Source: an uncultured Bdellovibrio sp.
GTDB taxonomy: Bacteria > Bdellovibrionota > Bdellovibrionia > Bdellovibrionales > Bdellovibrionaceae
DNA: 64,000 nucleotides
Direction: 5' to 3'
Assembly (NCBI GenBank): GCA_963932905.1
Contig: CAWVRN010000002.1
Span: 256,001 to 320,000, forward strand
Shown here: positions 27,822 through 38,184 of the stretch, piece after piece
How the letters are laid out: each line of letters starts with the position of its first letter
Position numbering within the stretch: position 1 is the first letter of the stretch
The notes under the pieces: generated by a model
What the model was told of the DNA's origin: nothing
Seen by the model: only the letters and a program-made list of their open reading frames with translations
Database searches by the model: none
Made by a program: the position numbers and the translations under genes

Positions 27822-29264
27822 TTACTTCGTTGCTGTCGGCGCGGGGGCCGGAGTGTGAAGAGGTTTTTGAATAATATGAATCGCGTGTCCTAATGTCGCT
27901 TCTGCCGCTTCCATCATAGTTTCACCTAACGTTGGATGAGGGTGAATAGAAAGAGCTAAATCTTGTAAGCGTGCACCCATTTCGATCGCGACAACGGCTT
28001 CAGAAATTAAATTTGAAGCTTCAGGGCCTACGATATGAACACCAAGTAGAACATCGTTTTCGGATGCGATCATTTTTACGAAACCATCCGTTTCCATCAT
28101 CGAAACGGCACGACCGTTGGCGCCGAATGGAAATTTTGCGATTTTAAGATTTTTGTAACCTTTAGCGATTGCTTCAGATTCTAGCATACCAGCCGACGCG
28201 ATTTCTGGATCCGTGAATACAACCGCTGGGATTGTTTTCGCGTCGAAGGCACGTGGCGCGCCTTTGATGATTTCGGCCACCATAACGCCTTCGTGAGACG
28301 CTTTGTGGGCTAACATCGGCTGACCACATAAATCGCCGATTGCGAAAATAGTTTTAACATTTGTTCTGCGTTGAGCATCTACTTTTACGAAACCGCGATC
28401 ATCAATCTGAATACCGAGTTTTTTCAATGTCGGTTGATCGCCATTGGGACGGCGGCCTACAGTCACTAAAATCTTATCCGCTTTCAGAGTTTCTGTTTTG
28501 CCGTTCAGTTCATACGTAACTTCGTATTCGTTGCCAGTTTTCTTTTGTGACTTAGCTTTTGCCTGGTGAATCACTTTCACGCCCGATTTTTTCAATTTGC
28601 GAGCTACTACTTGTGAACAATCTGGATCCGCAACGCCAGCTAGTAGTGAATCTGCCGCTTCAAGGATAGTCACGTCTGTGCCTAGTTTCTTCATGTATGA
28701 AGAAATCTCAAGCCCGATATAACCCCCACCGATAGTCACCATGCGTTTTGGAATCGCATCTAAATCTAAAGCGCCAGTTGATGACACGATATTTTTTTCA
28801 TCGAATTCAAAACCAGGAATTTGTATTGGGCGTGAGCCTAATGCCAGGATGATGTACTGAGTTTGCAGAGTTTCTTTACCTTTACTGGATTGTACTTCGA
28901 TCTGTGTCTGCGACACAAACTCAGCGGTTCCATTGAAAATAGTAACTTTGTTACCTTTCAATAATTGATTCACGCCGCCGCTCATTTTATCGCAAACAGA
29001 TTGTTTCCATGCGACCATTTTTTTAAAGTCTATCTTAGGTTTAGAAACTTCGATCCCCATTTCTGGAAAACCGTGTTCGACTTTATCTAACCAGTGGGCT
29101 GCCGTGATCATCGCTTTAGACGGGATACAACCTACGTTCAAACAAACGCCACCCAGTTTTTCTCGTTCGACGATCGCCGTGTTTAAACCCAGCTGCGCAC
29201 ATTTAATCGCTGCTACGTAACCACCAGGACCGCTACCAACTACTACTACATCAAATTTTTGCAT
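27822..29264 (-). CDS. lpdA: Dihydrolipoamide dehydrogenase (E3)
   Basis: GSGPGG, GGVCLNVGCIPSK, HPHPTLGE. Confidence 0.96.
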   Translation of the reverse strand: MQKFDVVVVGSGPGGYVAAIKCAQLGLNTAIVEREKLGGVCLNVGCIPSKAMITAAHWLDKVEHGFPEMGIEVSKPKIDFKKMVAWKQSVCDKMSGGVNQLLKGNKVTIFNGTAEFVSQTQIEVQSSKGKETLQTQYIILALGSRPIQIPGFEFDEKNIVSSTGALDLDAIPKRMVTIGGGYIGLEISSYMKKLGTDVTILEAADSLLAGVADPDCSQVVARKLKKSGVKVIHQAKAKSQKKTGNEYEVTYELNGKTETLKADKILVTVGRRPNGDQPTLKKLGIQIDDRGFVKVDAQRRTNVKTIFAIGDLCGQPMLAHKASHEGVMVAEIIKGAPRAFDAKTIPAVVFTDPEIASAGMLESEAIAKGYKNLKIAKFPFGANGRAVSMMETDGFVKMIASENDVLLGVHIVGPEASNLISEAVVAIEMGARLQDLALSIHPHPTLGETMMEAAEATLGHAIHIIQKPLHTPAPAPTATK

Positions 29265-29282
29265 AATAATTCCTTTATAGTC

Positions 29283-30944
29283 CTAGTGCATATCCAGCAT
29301 TAACAAAGCCGGTTTTTGAATGCGACCCAAGAACGCTTTCAAGAAACGAGCGGCTAATGCGCCATCGATTAAGCGGTGATCTGCAGTGATTGTGAAGTTC
29401 ATATATTTCTTGCTGATGACTTTGCCTTCAGCTGTAAGTTCTAAGCGATCTTGGATTTTGTACATGCCAAGGATAGCCACTTCAGGATGATTAATGATCG
29501 GAGTCGCATACGTACCACCCACAGAACCGATGTTTGTGATAGTGATGGTTGCACCCTTCATTTCATCTGGTTTCAATTTACCGTCACGTGCACGTTTAGA
29601 AAGATCAATGATTTCTTTAGAGATATCTAAGATCGACTTGTTATCCGCTTGTTTCACAACGGGAACTAGTAACCCATTCGGAGTGTCCGCAGCGAAACCT
29701 AAATTAAAGTACTTCTTGTAAACGATTTCTTGCGCGTTATCGTCAATAGATGCATTGAACGCTGGGAATTCACGGATTGTTGCGATTAGCGCTTTCATCA
29801 CGAACGGTAAGTAGGTCACTTTCGTTCCCGCTTTTTCAGCGATATCTTTCATGGATTCACGGAAGTGAACTAGTTCCGTTACATCCACCTCGTCCATCAA
29901 CGTAAAGTGAGGGATAATGTGTTTTGCCATTTGCAAGTTTTCAGCGATTTTTTTACGAATACCTTTTAATGGAACGCGTTCTTCAGCCGTAGCCATCGTT
30001 GACGAGTAACCTGGTTTAGGGAACGAGATTGATCCATTGCTAGTTGATGTTGCCGGAGCTTTCGCGCCGATTGAAACAGAATCCAATTGTTTTAAAATAT
30101 CTTCACGGGTCACGCGGCCTGCTAGACCTGTTCCTGTCACACCGTTGATGTCGACTTGCATTTCACGCGCTAAACGACGAGTTGAAGGAGTTGCTAAAAC
30201 TTTTGAATCCATTACCGGCGGATAGAAAGACGTGCTTGCTGAAGCGCCGTTTGTAGCTGCGGCCATCGTTGCCTGAGCGTGTGGCAGGGGAGCTTTCTGA
30301 GTTTGAGCAGGAGCCGAGTGCGTAGTTGCCGAAGCTAATGCTGCTTGAGTTCCACCAGATGTAGTGAGTGTTAATAGAACAGATTCTACTTTCACAACGT
30401 CACCAGCTTTGAATTTTAGGTCTTTAACTGTTCCACCTTTGGTTGTTGGAACTTCAACAGTCGCTTTATCAGTCATAATTTCAGCAACGGATTGATCTGG
30501 CTTAACAGCGTCGCCTGTTTTTACTAACCATTTGATGAGTTCCCCTTCAGTAACGCCTTCACCTAGTTCAGGAAGTTTTAATTCATACGTTCCACCGCCA
30601 GTAGCGGCACCCGCAGATACAGTCGTCGTTGGAGGATTGAATGCGTGGCCATTAGTTTGTGCAGGCGCTGCCGTTGTTGTAGCCGCTGCTTTTGCAGCAT
30701 TTGCACCTGATTCTTCTAAAGTAAGGATCGTAGATTCAACTTTGATTACCTCACCAGCTTTGAATTTTAATTCTTTCACAACGCCGGCGCGTGTAGTGGG
30801 AACTTCTACAGTGGCTTTATCAGTCATGATTTCGGCAACTGATTGGTCTGCTTTCACTGAATCGCCTGGCTTCACCAACCACTTGATTAATTCACCTTCC
30901 GTTACACCTTCTCCTAGTTCCGGTAACTTTAAGTCAAATGCCAT
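29283..30944 (-). CDS. pdhC: 2-oxoacid dehydrogenase E2 acyltransferase with two lipoyl domains
   Basis: Two LPELGEGVTEG..MTDKATVEVP lipoyl domains, E3-binding ATPSTRRLA, DHRLIDG. Confidence 0.88.
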   Translation of the reverse strand: MAFDLKLPELGEGVTEGELIKWLVKPGDSVKADQSVAEIMTDKATVEVPTTRAGVVKELKFKAGEVIKVESTILTLEESGANAAKAAATTTAAPAQTNGHAFNPPTTTVSAGAATGGGTYELKLPELGEGVTEGELIKWLVKTGDAVKPDQSVAEIMTDKATVEVPTTKGGTVKDLKFKAGDVVKVESVLLTLTTSGGTQAALASATTHSAPAQTQKAPLPHAQATMAAATNGASASTSFYPPVMDSKVLATPSTRRLAREMQVDINGVTGTGLAGRVTREDILKQLDSVSIGAKAPATSTSNGSISFPKPGYSSTMATAEERVPLKGIRKKIAENLQMAKHIIPHFTLMDEVDVTELVHFRESMKDIAEKAGTKVTYLPFVMKALIATIREFPAFNASIDDNAQEIVYKKYFNLGFAADTPNGLLVPVVKQADNKSILDISKEIIDLSKRARDGKLKPDEMKGATITITNIGSVGGTYATPIINHPEVAILGMYKIQDRLELTAEGKVISKKYMNFTITADHRLIDGALAARFLKAFLGRIQKPALLMLDMH

Positions 30945-30975
30945 GTACTCTCCTTCCTTGTACTATAAATTTTTA

Positions 30976-31893
30976 CTAAATTGATTTTTCTAATTTTAAA
31001 TTTTCTTGATTTGCTTGTTTGTTCTTGCGAATCACGCCTTCTAAGAAAAATTCACCTGCGCGATAAGAACTGCGAACCAAAGGACCAGACGCAACGTATA
31101 GGAAGCCCATGCTTTCGGCGACGTCTTGCCAGTATTTGAATTTCTCTGGAGTAATGAATTCAATTACTTTCAAGTGACGTTCGGTCGGTTGCAAGTACTG
31201 ACCAAATGTAATCACATCACAGCCTACCGCGCGCAAATCGCGAAGCGTTTCCATGATTTCGTCATCTGTCTCGCCAAGGCCAAGCATCAAAGACGATTTT
31301 GTGTACATATTCGGTTTGTGTTCTTTTACTGTTTTTAAGACTCCCATCGTTTGATCATAACCCGCACGTGGGTCGCGAACTGATGACGTTAAACGACGAA
31401 CCGTTTCGATATTTTGAGCAAACACATCGGGTTCGCTGTCAGCCAGTTGCTGGATTAATTCTTTATTGCCACGGAAATCAGGAGTCAGGATTTCTACGAT
31501 TAAATCTGGTTGCAATTTTTTGATAGTAGAAACTGTGCGTGCAAAATGGGAAGACCCTTGGTCTTCAAGGTCATCGCGATCAACGCTGGTGATGACGACG
31601 TATTTCAAATCCATTTGAGAAATTGAGTACGCCACCTTTTCTGGTTCGAAAGGATCAATAGCGCCTTTTGGATTTCCTGTTTTCACGTTACAGAAACGAC
31701 AACCACGCGTGCACACTTCACCCATTAACATAAATGTTGCCGTACCACCGCTCCAACATTCGCCCATGTTGGGGCACTTGGCTTCTTGGCAGACAGTGGC
31801 TAATTTTAATTCGCCTAAAAGGTCTTTAATTCGAGTGTAATTTTCACCGCTCGGAGCTTTCACTTTGAGCCATGACGGTTTTGGTGCGCGCAT
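30976..31893 (-). CDS. lipA: Lipoyl synthase
   Basis: [12 protein letters not shown] and CTRGCRFC clusters, RSSY. Confidence 0.96.
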   Translation of the reverse strand: MRAPKPSWLKVKAPSGENYTRIKDLLGELKLATVCQEAKCPNMGECWSGGTATFMLMGEVCTRGCRFCNVKTGNPKGAIDPFEPEKVAYSISQMDLKYVVITSVDRDDLEDQGSSHFARTVSTIKKLQPDLIVEILTPDFRGNKELIQQLADSEPDVFAQNIETVRRLTSSVRDPRAGYDQTMGVLKTVKEHKPNMYTKSSLMLGLGETDDEIMETLRDLRAVGCDVITFGQYLQPTERHLKVIEFITPEKFKYWQDVAESMGFLYVASGPLVRSSYRAGEFFLEGVIRKNKQANQENLKLEKSI

Positions 31894-32048
31894 GCTTCCA
31901 TTTCCTTTTTTTTAAGAAAACTAGGTATTTACTCTAGTTAGTAGAGTATGTAGCTTAATGCACTTCATTCGGCAATGCGACGGAAAAATATTTTGTAAAA
32001 TTTGTTAAAAAAGCATTTAACCAAAGAGCGAAATAAAAGGGCGGAGAC

Positions 32049-32744
32049 ATGAAATTAGAGCTAAAAATGAAAAAGGGAATGCTTAAAAAACGCTATAAGC
32101 GTTTCTTTGCAGATATTTTTTATGAAAATCAACTAGTTACGGCGCATGTTCCGAACACAGGAAGCCTAAAATCCTGCCTATTTGACGATCAAGATTGTTA
32201 TTTTACCGAAAGTGACGATCCGAATCGCAAGTTAAAATACACTCTGGAAATTGTTTCAACCCCGACCGGATTTGTGGGAGTTAACACAAGGACTCCCAAC
32301 GACATGATGAAGGACGCCGTCAAAGCGGGCTGGTTAGACCATTGGAAGGAATACCCAGAGGTAAAACCTGAGTTTAAATTAAATGCAGAAACGCGCCTAG
32401 ATTTTAGAATCAGCAACGGAGATAAACACCATTTTATCGAAGTCAAAAATGTAACGTTAAAAAATGGTACGTCAGCCGAATTCCCTGACGCTGAAACGAC
32501 TCGTGGGCAAAAACATTTAAAAGAATTGATGCAGTTAAGAGAACAGGGGAATGGTGCCGAGATTGTGTTCTTTATTCAACGAAGTGATGTCGATAGTTTT
32601 AAACCGGCTAAAGACATAGATCCTGAATACGCGCGATTGTTAAAACAAGCTGACGAGGTCGGTGTGCGTATTACGCCAATCGTGTGTGATGTGACTTCGT
32701 CGTCGATTTCACTGACTAACAGAGTACTGCCGATCCAATGGTAA
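32049..32744 (+). CDS. sfsA: Sugar fermentation stimulation protein / nuclease SfsA
   Basis: KRYKRFFAD, HVPNTGS, IEVKNVT, FPDAETTRGQKHL. Confidence 0.93.
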   Translation: MKLELKMKKGMLKKRYKRFFADIFYENQLVTAHVPNTGSLKSCLFDDQDCYFTESDDPNRKLKYTLEIVSTPTGFVGVNTRTPNDMMKDAVKAGWLDHWKEYPEVKPEFKLNAETRLDFRISNGDKHHFIEVKNVTLKNGTSAEFPDAETTRGQKHLKELMQLREQGNGAEIVFFIQRSDVDSFKPAKDIDPEYARLLKQADEVGVRITPIVCDVTSSSISLTNRVLPIQW

Positions 32745-33745
32745 AATCATTTTTTGTAATTTTAGTTTTCAGTGCGTCTCTCTGTGCGACAGAGCATTTT
32801 TTCAATTACAGCGACATCACCTCGCCGGGAGAGATCACAAAATTTCCGGCTAACTTTGGGTCATTTCGTCAAGGCATGAGTTTCTCCGGTTCACTGAACG
32901 CCTTGAGCCGAATGTCTTACAAGCCGAACATGGCGGAATATAGAACAGATCGATCACCTGTAGCGATTGAGCCAAGAGTGCTATCATCTGGACTTGGGCA
33001 AAGCTGGGGTGGTTGGGGTTTTGTGATTGCCAATGATGTCGAGAAAATAAAATTACAATCCGATGAGTTGGAAAGCACTGAAGATTTGCGATCGATCCAA
33101 GTGCACTTGGGATCGGGGTTAAAACTATCAAAAATGTGGAATATCGGTTGGAGCTTGACGTTGAACAATGATCAGAAACTAAAAACCGAATTGATCACTA
33201 ATTCTGCAGATAGCGATAGGCCACTCAGATTTGTGGAAAGTCAGAAAGAAGCGTATTCCACTCAAATTGGATTTGGTTTCTTGATGGAATCCGAGTCTAT
33301 CATTATGGGAACTCACTTGAAAACTCCCAAAGTTCTGGTTTCTCAAAACGGCAAATTGAAATCTAGATACTTTTCTGTATCACAAAATAAAGTTGTCAAA
33401 GACGATGCGGAACAAAACTATAATTTAACTTCAAATTTTGAATTCGATTTTGGTGTGAAATTTGGAACGAAAGGGTTCTCTTATTCGGTTTCGGATACAT
33501 ACTTTTTCGAAGGGACTCACGCTTTAAAGGCGGGATTTGAATACATAGGGTCCTGGGGGCGAGTTTCTACAGGATTCAGTCGCCATCAGCAGGTTCAGGG
33601 AAGTGAGTTTCAGTGGTCAGTTGGATTCTGTCGTTCAGAAAAAGATTTCGAATGGGGGGTTGGCCCGTTCTATCGATCATTTCAGGACACGGCGGTCGAT
33701 CGCAATGAGGTTGGGGTACTTTACTCGTCTCAGATTAATTATTAA
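32738..33745 (+). CDS. Putative outer-membrane beta-barrel protein
   Basis: Signal peptide, Gly/aromatic amphipathic strands, terminal aromatic residue. Confidence 0.6.
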   Translation: MVKSFFVILVFSASLCATEHFFNYSDITSPGEITKFPANFGSFRQGMSFSGSLNALSRMSYKPNMAEYRTDRSPVAIEPRVLSSGLGQSWGGWGFVIANDVEKIKLQSDELESTEDLRSIQVHLGSGLKLSKMWNIGWSLTLNNDQKLKTELITNSADSDRPLRFVESQKEAYSTQIGFGFLMESESIIMGTHLKTPKVLVSQNGKLKSRYFSVSQNKVVKDDAEQNYNLTSNFEFDFGVKFGTKGFSYSVSDTYFFEGTHALKAGFEYIGSWGRVSTGFSRHQQVQGSEFQWSVGFCRSEKDFEWGVGPFYRSFQDTAVDRNEVGVLYSSQINY

Positions 33746-34309
33746 GAACTGGCCCCTTACTTTGCATTTGGAATAGTATTTGTTTAAGGCTCATTTATTG
33801 CGAGTGAGCCTCTCATGACTAAAATTCACTGTCCCATTTGTTTTAAAAAGCCGATGCGAGCTAAATACTCGAACTCAAGCGTTAGGAAATCCGGATTCTT
33901 CTACAGATCTTCTGATCGCAAATCCGTGCAGCGCTATTATTGCTCTCAGTGCAGGAAGTATTTCTCTTCAGCCACGTTTGGAGATTGTTTCAAGCAAAAG
34001 AAGCGACACCTGAACTCTAAGATAGCCCGTCTTCTTATCTTATGGTCGAAGAAGAGACTCGGCGTATTTTAGGGTATAACGTGGGTCAGGGTGAGTTGAA
34101 GAAGGTTGGGTTTGACCCGTTGTTTACGATTAACCATACGTGCGCGACTTTAAGAGCTAGGACTTGTAGATTGATCCGAAGAACTTGGTGCACTACGAAG
34201 AAGCCGGAAATGCTTAATTTACATTTGGCGATAGTGTGTCTTCATCATAATTTGAATTTAAAGAAATTAAATCGCCCCTTAGCTGCAGGCTAAGGGGCCA
34301 GTTATTAAT
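33741..34309 (+). mobile_element. Internally deleted IS-like element (IS1/IS1595-like Zn-ribbon transposase remnant)
   Basis: TIRs ATTAAGAACTGGCCCCTTA (33741-33759) and TAAGGGGCCAGTTATTAAT (34291-34309), 18/19 match; two transposase-like fragments inside. Confidence 0.7.
33815..34293 (+). pseudogene. Fragmented transposase
   Basis: CPIC...QRYYCSQCRKYFS zinc ribbon (33815-34072) and an out-of-frame C-terminal NHTCATLRARTCRLIRRTWCTTK piece (34042-34293); far too short for a full DDE domain. Confidence 0.7.
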
Positions 34310-34458
34310 TTATAATAAATTACATATATTTATGTATAATAGATAAGTGATATTATATACTTATATTAATAATTTTATTAATAATAAAAAATATATTTGA
34401 CATTTTACTTAGAATAATGCATAAAGTCATAACCAGTAATTTTAACAAAGGAAATTGT

Positions 34459-35001
34459 ATGCAAATTTTTAAGAGTAACGACAATAAACCACTATCGACT
34501 AAGAACGGTTCTGCTTCGCTTATCTTGATCTTATTAAGTTTCGTAACTTTGGTAACGTCAAGATCCCAGGCCGGAACTTTTACTATACCGATATTTCAAG
34601 ATGCACTTACGTGCTCAGATCAATTAGTTACAACTAGCGATTTAAGCTTTGAAAACCTCAATGCTTATTTCTCTATATCGAATGGAAGCTTGTATAAATT
34701 GGAATTTAAAATAAATCCCATGAGGATTGTGTCAGCAGATCTTATTTACCCTCAAACATTCTCAGGAGCATACGATACGGCAAGGGGGCTAACTCTTTAT
34801 TCATGCTCAAGCCAAAAAACTCACAAAAAATATTTTTTAGCTCATGGAAAAAGAAATATGGGATTGAATATCTACAAGTATGATTTATTTGTTTTATTGC
34901 CAATCACAAAACAAACTCCCTTAGTTGATAGAGTCCAAACACTTGTCGACCTCAGAAAAGGTTCATGGCAGCCCGCACTTATGAGCACTTCAAAAAAATA
35001 A
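34459..35001 (+). CDS. Orphan secreted/membrane-anchored hypothetical protein
   Basis: AAGG SD before ATG 34459; hydrophobic N-terminal segment; follows a very AT-rich tract. Confidence 0.6.
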   Translation: MQIFKSNDNKPLSTKNGSASLILILLSFVTLVTSRSQAGTFTIPIFQDALTCSDQLVTTSDLSFENLNAYFSISNGSLYKLEFKINPMRIVSADLIYPQTFSGAYDTARGLTLYSCSSQKTHKKYFLAHGKRNMGLNIYKYDLFVLLPITKQTPLVDRVQTLVDLRKGSWQPALMSTSKK

Positions 35002-35073
35002 TACAACAATAAAGCGAATACCTCCGGTGCGCTGGAGGTATTACGATGCCTCATAGAGGCCCCTCTATAAAGC

Positions 35074-35106
35074 AAAAACCCCGTAAACCTTGCGGCCTAC
35101 GGGGTT
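35074..35106 (-). terminator. Intrinsic terminator of the DsbA-family gene
   Basis: Minus strand AACCCCGTAGGCC-GCAA-GGTTTACGGGGTTTTT. Confidence 0.75.
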
Positions 35107-35141
35107 CCCCCTCAGAATCAATACTTATAGTTTATAAAGAA

Positions 35142-35921
35142 TTATTTCTTAGCTAAATGTTTATCAATAACATCTTTGAATTCATTAAATGGAAGTGCTC
35201 CACGCAATGAAATGCCGTTGATCACGAAACCTGGAGTTCCACGGATTCCGAATTTTTGAGCTTCTTCCATGTCGGCTTGGATACGTTTAGAGATTTTTTC
35301 ATCCTTCAAGTCTTTTTCTAATTTAGCCATGTTGGCGCCAACGTCTTTAGCTGCTTTTTTCAAGAAGCCTTCTTTTCCTGATTTAAGTTCACCTTGGTTT
35401 TCGAAAACTTTATCGTGGAATTTTTCAGCTTTAGCATGATCTTGCATAGCGATGGCTTCGTAATAACGAGCCGCTGGTTCTGCCATTGGATGGAAATCTA
35501 AAGGTAAATGTTTGAATAGTACGCGAACTTTATCGCCATATTCGGCTTTAACTTGTTTTACTGTTTGATAACCGCGAGAGCAGTATGGGCACTCAAAATC
35601 AGAGTATTCAACGATAGTCACAGGAGCGTCTTTTTTACCAAAGATCACGCGTGATTCATCGATTTCTGGCTTAAGTGGGTTAGCGTATTCAGCATCACGC
35701 TGATTTTTTTCCTCATTGGCCATTTTCTCTTGTTGTTTTTTCTGAGCTTCCTGAGCCGCTTTGTTTACGACTTCGATGAATTTTTCAGGATCTTTCTCAA
35801 TCGCTACGAACATGATTGATGGATCTTTCTCAACAGCTTCTTTAAGTTGTTTTGCAGATGGAGCACACTGTACTAATACAAACGCGCCGGCAACCAAAAC
35901 TAGTTTCATTAAATTTCTCAA
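35142..35921 (-). CDS. DsbA-family thioredoxin lipoprotein
   Basis: Lipobox-like LVQC; EYSDFECPYC; GTPGF; probable TTG start at 35921 after a GAGG SD. Confidence 0.9.
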   Translation of the reverse strand: MRNLMKLVLVAGAFVLVQCAPSAKQLKEAVEKDPSIMFVAIEKDPEKFIEVVNKAAQEAQKKQQEKMANEEKNQRDAEYANPLKPEIDESRVIFGKKDAPVTIVEYSDFECPYCSRGYQTVKQVKAEYGDKVRVLFKHLPLDFHPMAEPAARYYEAIAMQDHAKAEKFHDKVFENQGELKSGKEGFLKKAAKDVGANMAKLEKDLKDEKISKRIQADMEEAQKFGIRGTPGFVINGISLRGALPFNEFKDVIDKHLAKK

Positions 35922-36051
35922 ATTATCCTCCGATTTAGATGAACTTTTCATTCAAAATAGTTTTGCATCTTTCACTTTAATTAGGAATCAAAAAGACTTG
36001 AATCGTTGCGCCAAACTTTCAGGTCCAAAGTCGTTACTCCAAAACTATACT

Positions 36052-36078
36052 TAAATTTATCGATCAAGCTGCCGACGA
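36052..36078 (+). promoter_or_regulatory. sigma28-type promoter
   Basis: TAAATTTA-N11-GCCGACGA. Confidence 0.45.
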
Positions 36079-36125
36079 GTCAGTGTTAACCCTAGGCAAT
36101 CAACAAGAACAACCGGGAAAGATCT

Positions 36126-36776
36126 ATGAGAGTATTTTTTGTAACCATAATATTGTCACTGAACCTACATGCTGGACTTTTGTATACCTACAATCAACTT
36201 ACAGTAAAAGATTTGGATCAAATGAACACGCTAGTTAAGAACAAACTTAAAGAATCTAAAAGCGCTGATGCTGGCAAAGTTGTTCCTATCAAAGAAGGTC
36301 TGCAGGCCGTTTTTAGTCGTCCGAACGGTGATGATATGATCGAAAAAATTTCTCCGCCATTAAGAGCAGTATTGGAACAGGAAGATGCAACTGAGAAAGT
36401 ATTTTCTGATCTTGTGACCGAGGCAACGAATGCACTAACGAACACTAAAAACTTTAAAAAAGAAGTTCAAGTTACCTACGCTATTTTTCTAGAGAATATC
36501 ATATCTGAATTTAAGCCAAATTTGAAGAAAGAGGCGTTCGAATACAAAATCATTAAAAAAATTGCGGATGCGGAAATCGAGTTAACTAAAGACGCTCAGA
36601 AAGATCGCAAACTAAGACTGATGCAAGAAAGTGCTTCACCGAGTGCAATTGCTAAAAAAGTATTGGCAGATTTTGAAGAAAAATTAAAAGCACCTCCGGT
36701 CGTACCGGATGAAAATGCACCAATGCCAGCAGCCGGGGAAGATGAAGCTAAAAACAAAGAAGCGGCACCACAATGA
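36126..36776 (+). CDS. Secreted hypothetical protein
   Basis: Signal peptide, helical, P/A/E-rich tail. Confidence 0.75.
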   Translation: MRVFFVTIILSLNLHAGLLYTYNQLTVKDLDQMNTLVKNKLKESKSADAGKVVPIKEGLQAVFSRPNGDDMIEKISPPLRAVLEQEDATEKVFSDLVTEATNALTNTKNFKKEVQVTYAIFLENIISEFKPNLKKEAFEYKIIKKIADAEIELTKDAQKDRKLRLMQESASPSAIAKKVLADFEEKLKAPPVVPDENAPMPAAGEDEAKNKEAAPQ

Positions 36777-37762
36777 ATAAAATATTTTTATTTTTATTCA
36801 GTGTAGTGGTATTGGCTCAAACGCCGGTTTTAACTCCGGCATCAGCGCTTTCTGTGCAAGAGACAGAAACTCCGTTGAATTATAATACTTTTCTATTGAG
36901 CGTGATGGGGGCATCGGAATCTATAGTTGGATTCAATAATTCGATAGCTCCGACGGCGGTGCTTTGCAAAGAGATACCCCGCCCTGAAAAAGTAGAATCA
37001 AGAGTCAAAGTCGAAGGCGAGCAAAAGTCTAGCTCTGTAGATGAAGCAAATTTCAACTTCCGATCGGATGGAAATCCAAATAAATCGAAAATTTTATCGC
37101 AAACCTGTACGACAGACCAATTTGAAATTTTAGAAAAATGCTATCCACCTTTAGCGGATAAAATTAAACGCCGTGAAATTAGTTTCAATGATATTCAAAA
37201 AATGCCTAATGAAGGATTTCGTATTCGTGGCTATGGAAAATCAATTGAAAACAGTCGTTCTTGGGAATTTCACCATGAAAATCGGGCTAAGCAAGACATC
37301 GGTGTGACTGTATTTGATGGTTATAATTTTGGCAAAGGAACCGTTTCTGCGTCTGAATTGATGTTTTTCCCACGTAAACAAATTCAGCATTATACAAAAT
37401 CGGATAGTGCCATCGAAGTCACTTTGTCAAATGGCGAGAAAATGAAATTCAATTCGAAGACAGGTGCTGTTGAATCTGGTGTAGTGACCGAATCTAGATA
37501 CGCTAAGGGTAGCAAGCCCAAGTTTACCTACGAAGGTACGGGTGTCATGATTCAAATGGAAGGCAGAGAAGGCAATGGACGCAGTTTTGTTGAAACTGCG
37601 AAAAACGCAGTGATTACAAAAAAAGGTTTCAAACCCTGCATCGTTTCAGCTTCTGAACTTTGGCCCAATCGAAATTCAGAACGCGCAAATAATTTCAGAT
37701 TCGCTACTGATGAAAGTCTGGATGCTTGGTTGAAGCAATCCAAATGCGGTTTCAGTTTATAG
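36773..37762 (+). CDS. Secreted hypothetical protein
   Basis: Signal peptide, several Cys, 4-bp overlap with the upstream gene. Confidence 0.75.
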   Translation: MNKIFLFLFSVVVLAQTPVLTPASALSVQETETPLNYNTFLLSVMGASESIVGFNNSIAPTAVLCKEIPRPEKVESRVKVEGEQKSSSVDEANFNFRSDGNPNKSKILSQTCTTDQFEILEKCYPPLADKIKRREISFNDIQKMPNEGFRIRGYGKSIENSRSWEFHHENRAKQDIGVTVFDGYNFGKGTVSASELMFFPRKQIQHYTKSDSAIEVTLSNGEKMKFNSKTGAVESGVVTESRYAKGSKPKFTYEGTGVMIQMEGREGNGRSFVETAKNAVITKKGFKPCIVSASELWPNRNSERANNFRFATDESLDAWLKQSKCGFSL

Positions 37763-37791
37763 TTTTGATTTTTTTTCAGTCTCATTTTGAC

Positions 37792-37818
37792 TCAAGTTTT
37801 TTTTTGAAAATCCGATCT
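37792..37818 (+). promoter_or_regulatory. sigma28-type promoter
   Basis: TCAAGTTT-N11-TCCGATCT upstream of the 37906 operon. Confidence 0.55.
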
Positions 37819-37905
37819 GTGATGTAAGCAAGAAATTTGCGCTGAAGGAATCAGCGACAGTTTCTAAGAATCACTAAATCCTTTGAAAGGAGTTCGGGGG
37901 TAATT

Positions 37906-38184
37906 ATGTTTTTACAAGGTAACCTACAAAACGTTTTTGATGCACTTTACACACTTGGCGCTATCGATCCTGTTCTTAAGAAAGATTGGAAGCAAATGAC
38001 GAGTGAATTCGAAAACCATATGGATTCTGTTTACACCGGTTTTAAATTAATTAATTCATGTTCACATGACTTCAATGTTTTGCTTCAAGAGATGGGCAAA
38101 ATGGATGAAAAAATATTACAGTACTTAGCCATGGAGGTAGCTCGTGAATTCTGTGAGTATCAAGATCGTTCGAATCTTCACTAG
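37906..38184 (+). CDS. Small hypothetical protein
   Basis: 92 aa ORF with GGGG SD. Confidence 0.75.
   Translation: MFLQGNLQNVFDALYTLGAIDPVLKKDWKQMTSEFENHMDSVYTGFKLINSCSHDFNVLLQEMGKMDEKILQYLAMEVAREFCEYQDRSNLH

Noticed and set aside
30360..30944. Internal duplication in the E2 gene
   Set aside because: Normal tandem lipoyl domains.
37825..37895. c-di-GMP or glycine riboswitch in the tadA operon leader
   Set aside because: Hairpins are present but the conserved GEMM or glycine aptamer sequences are absent.
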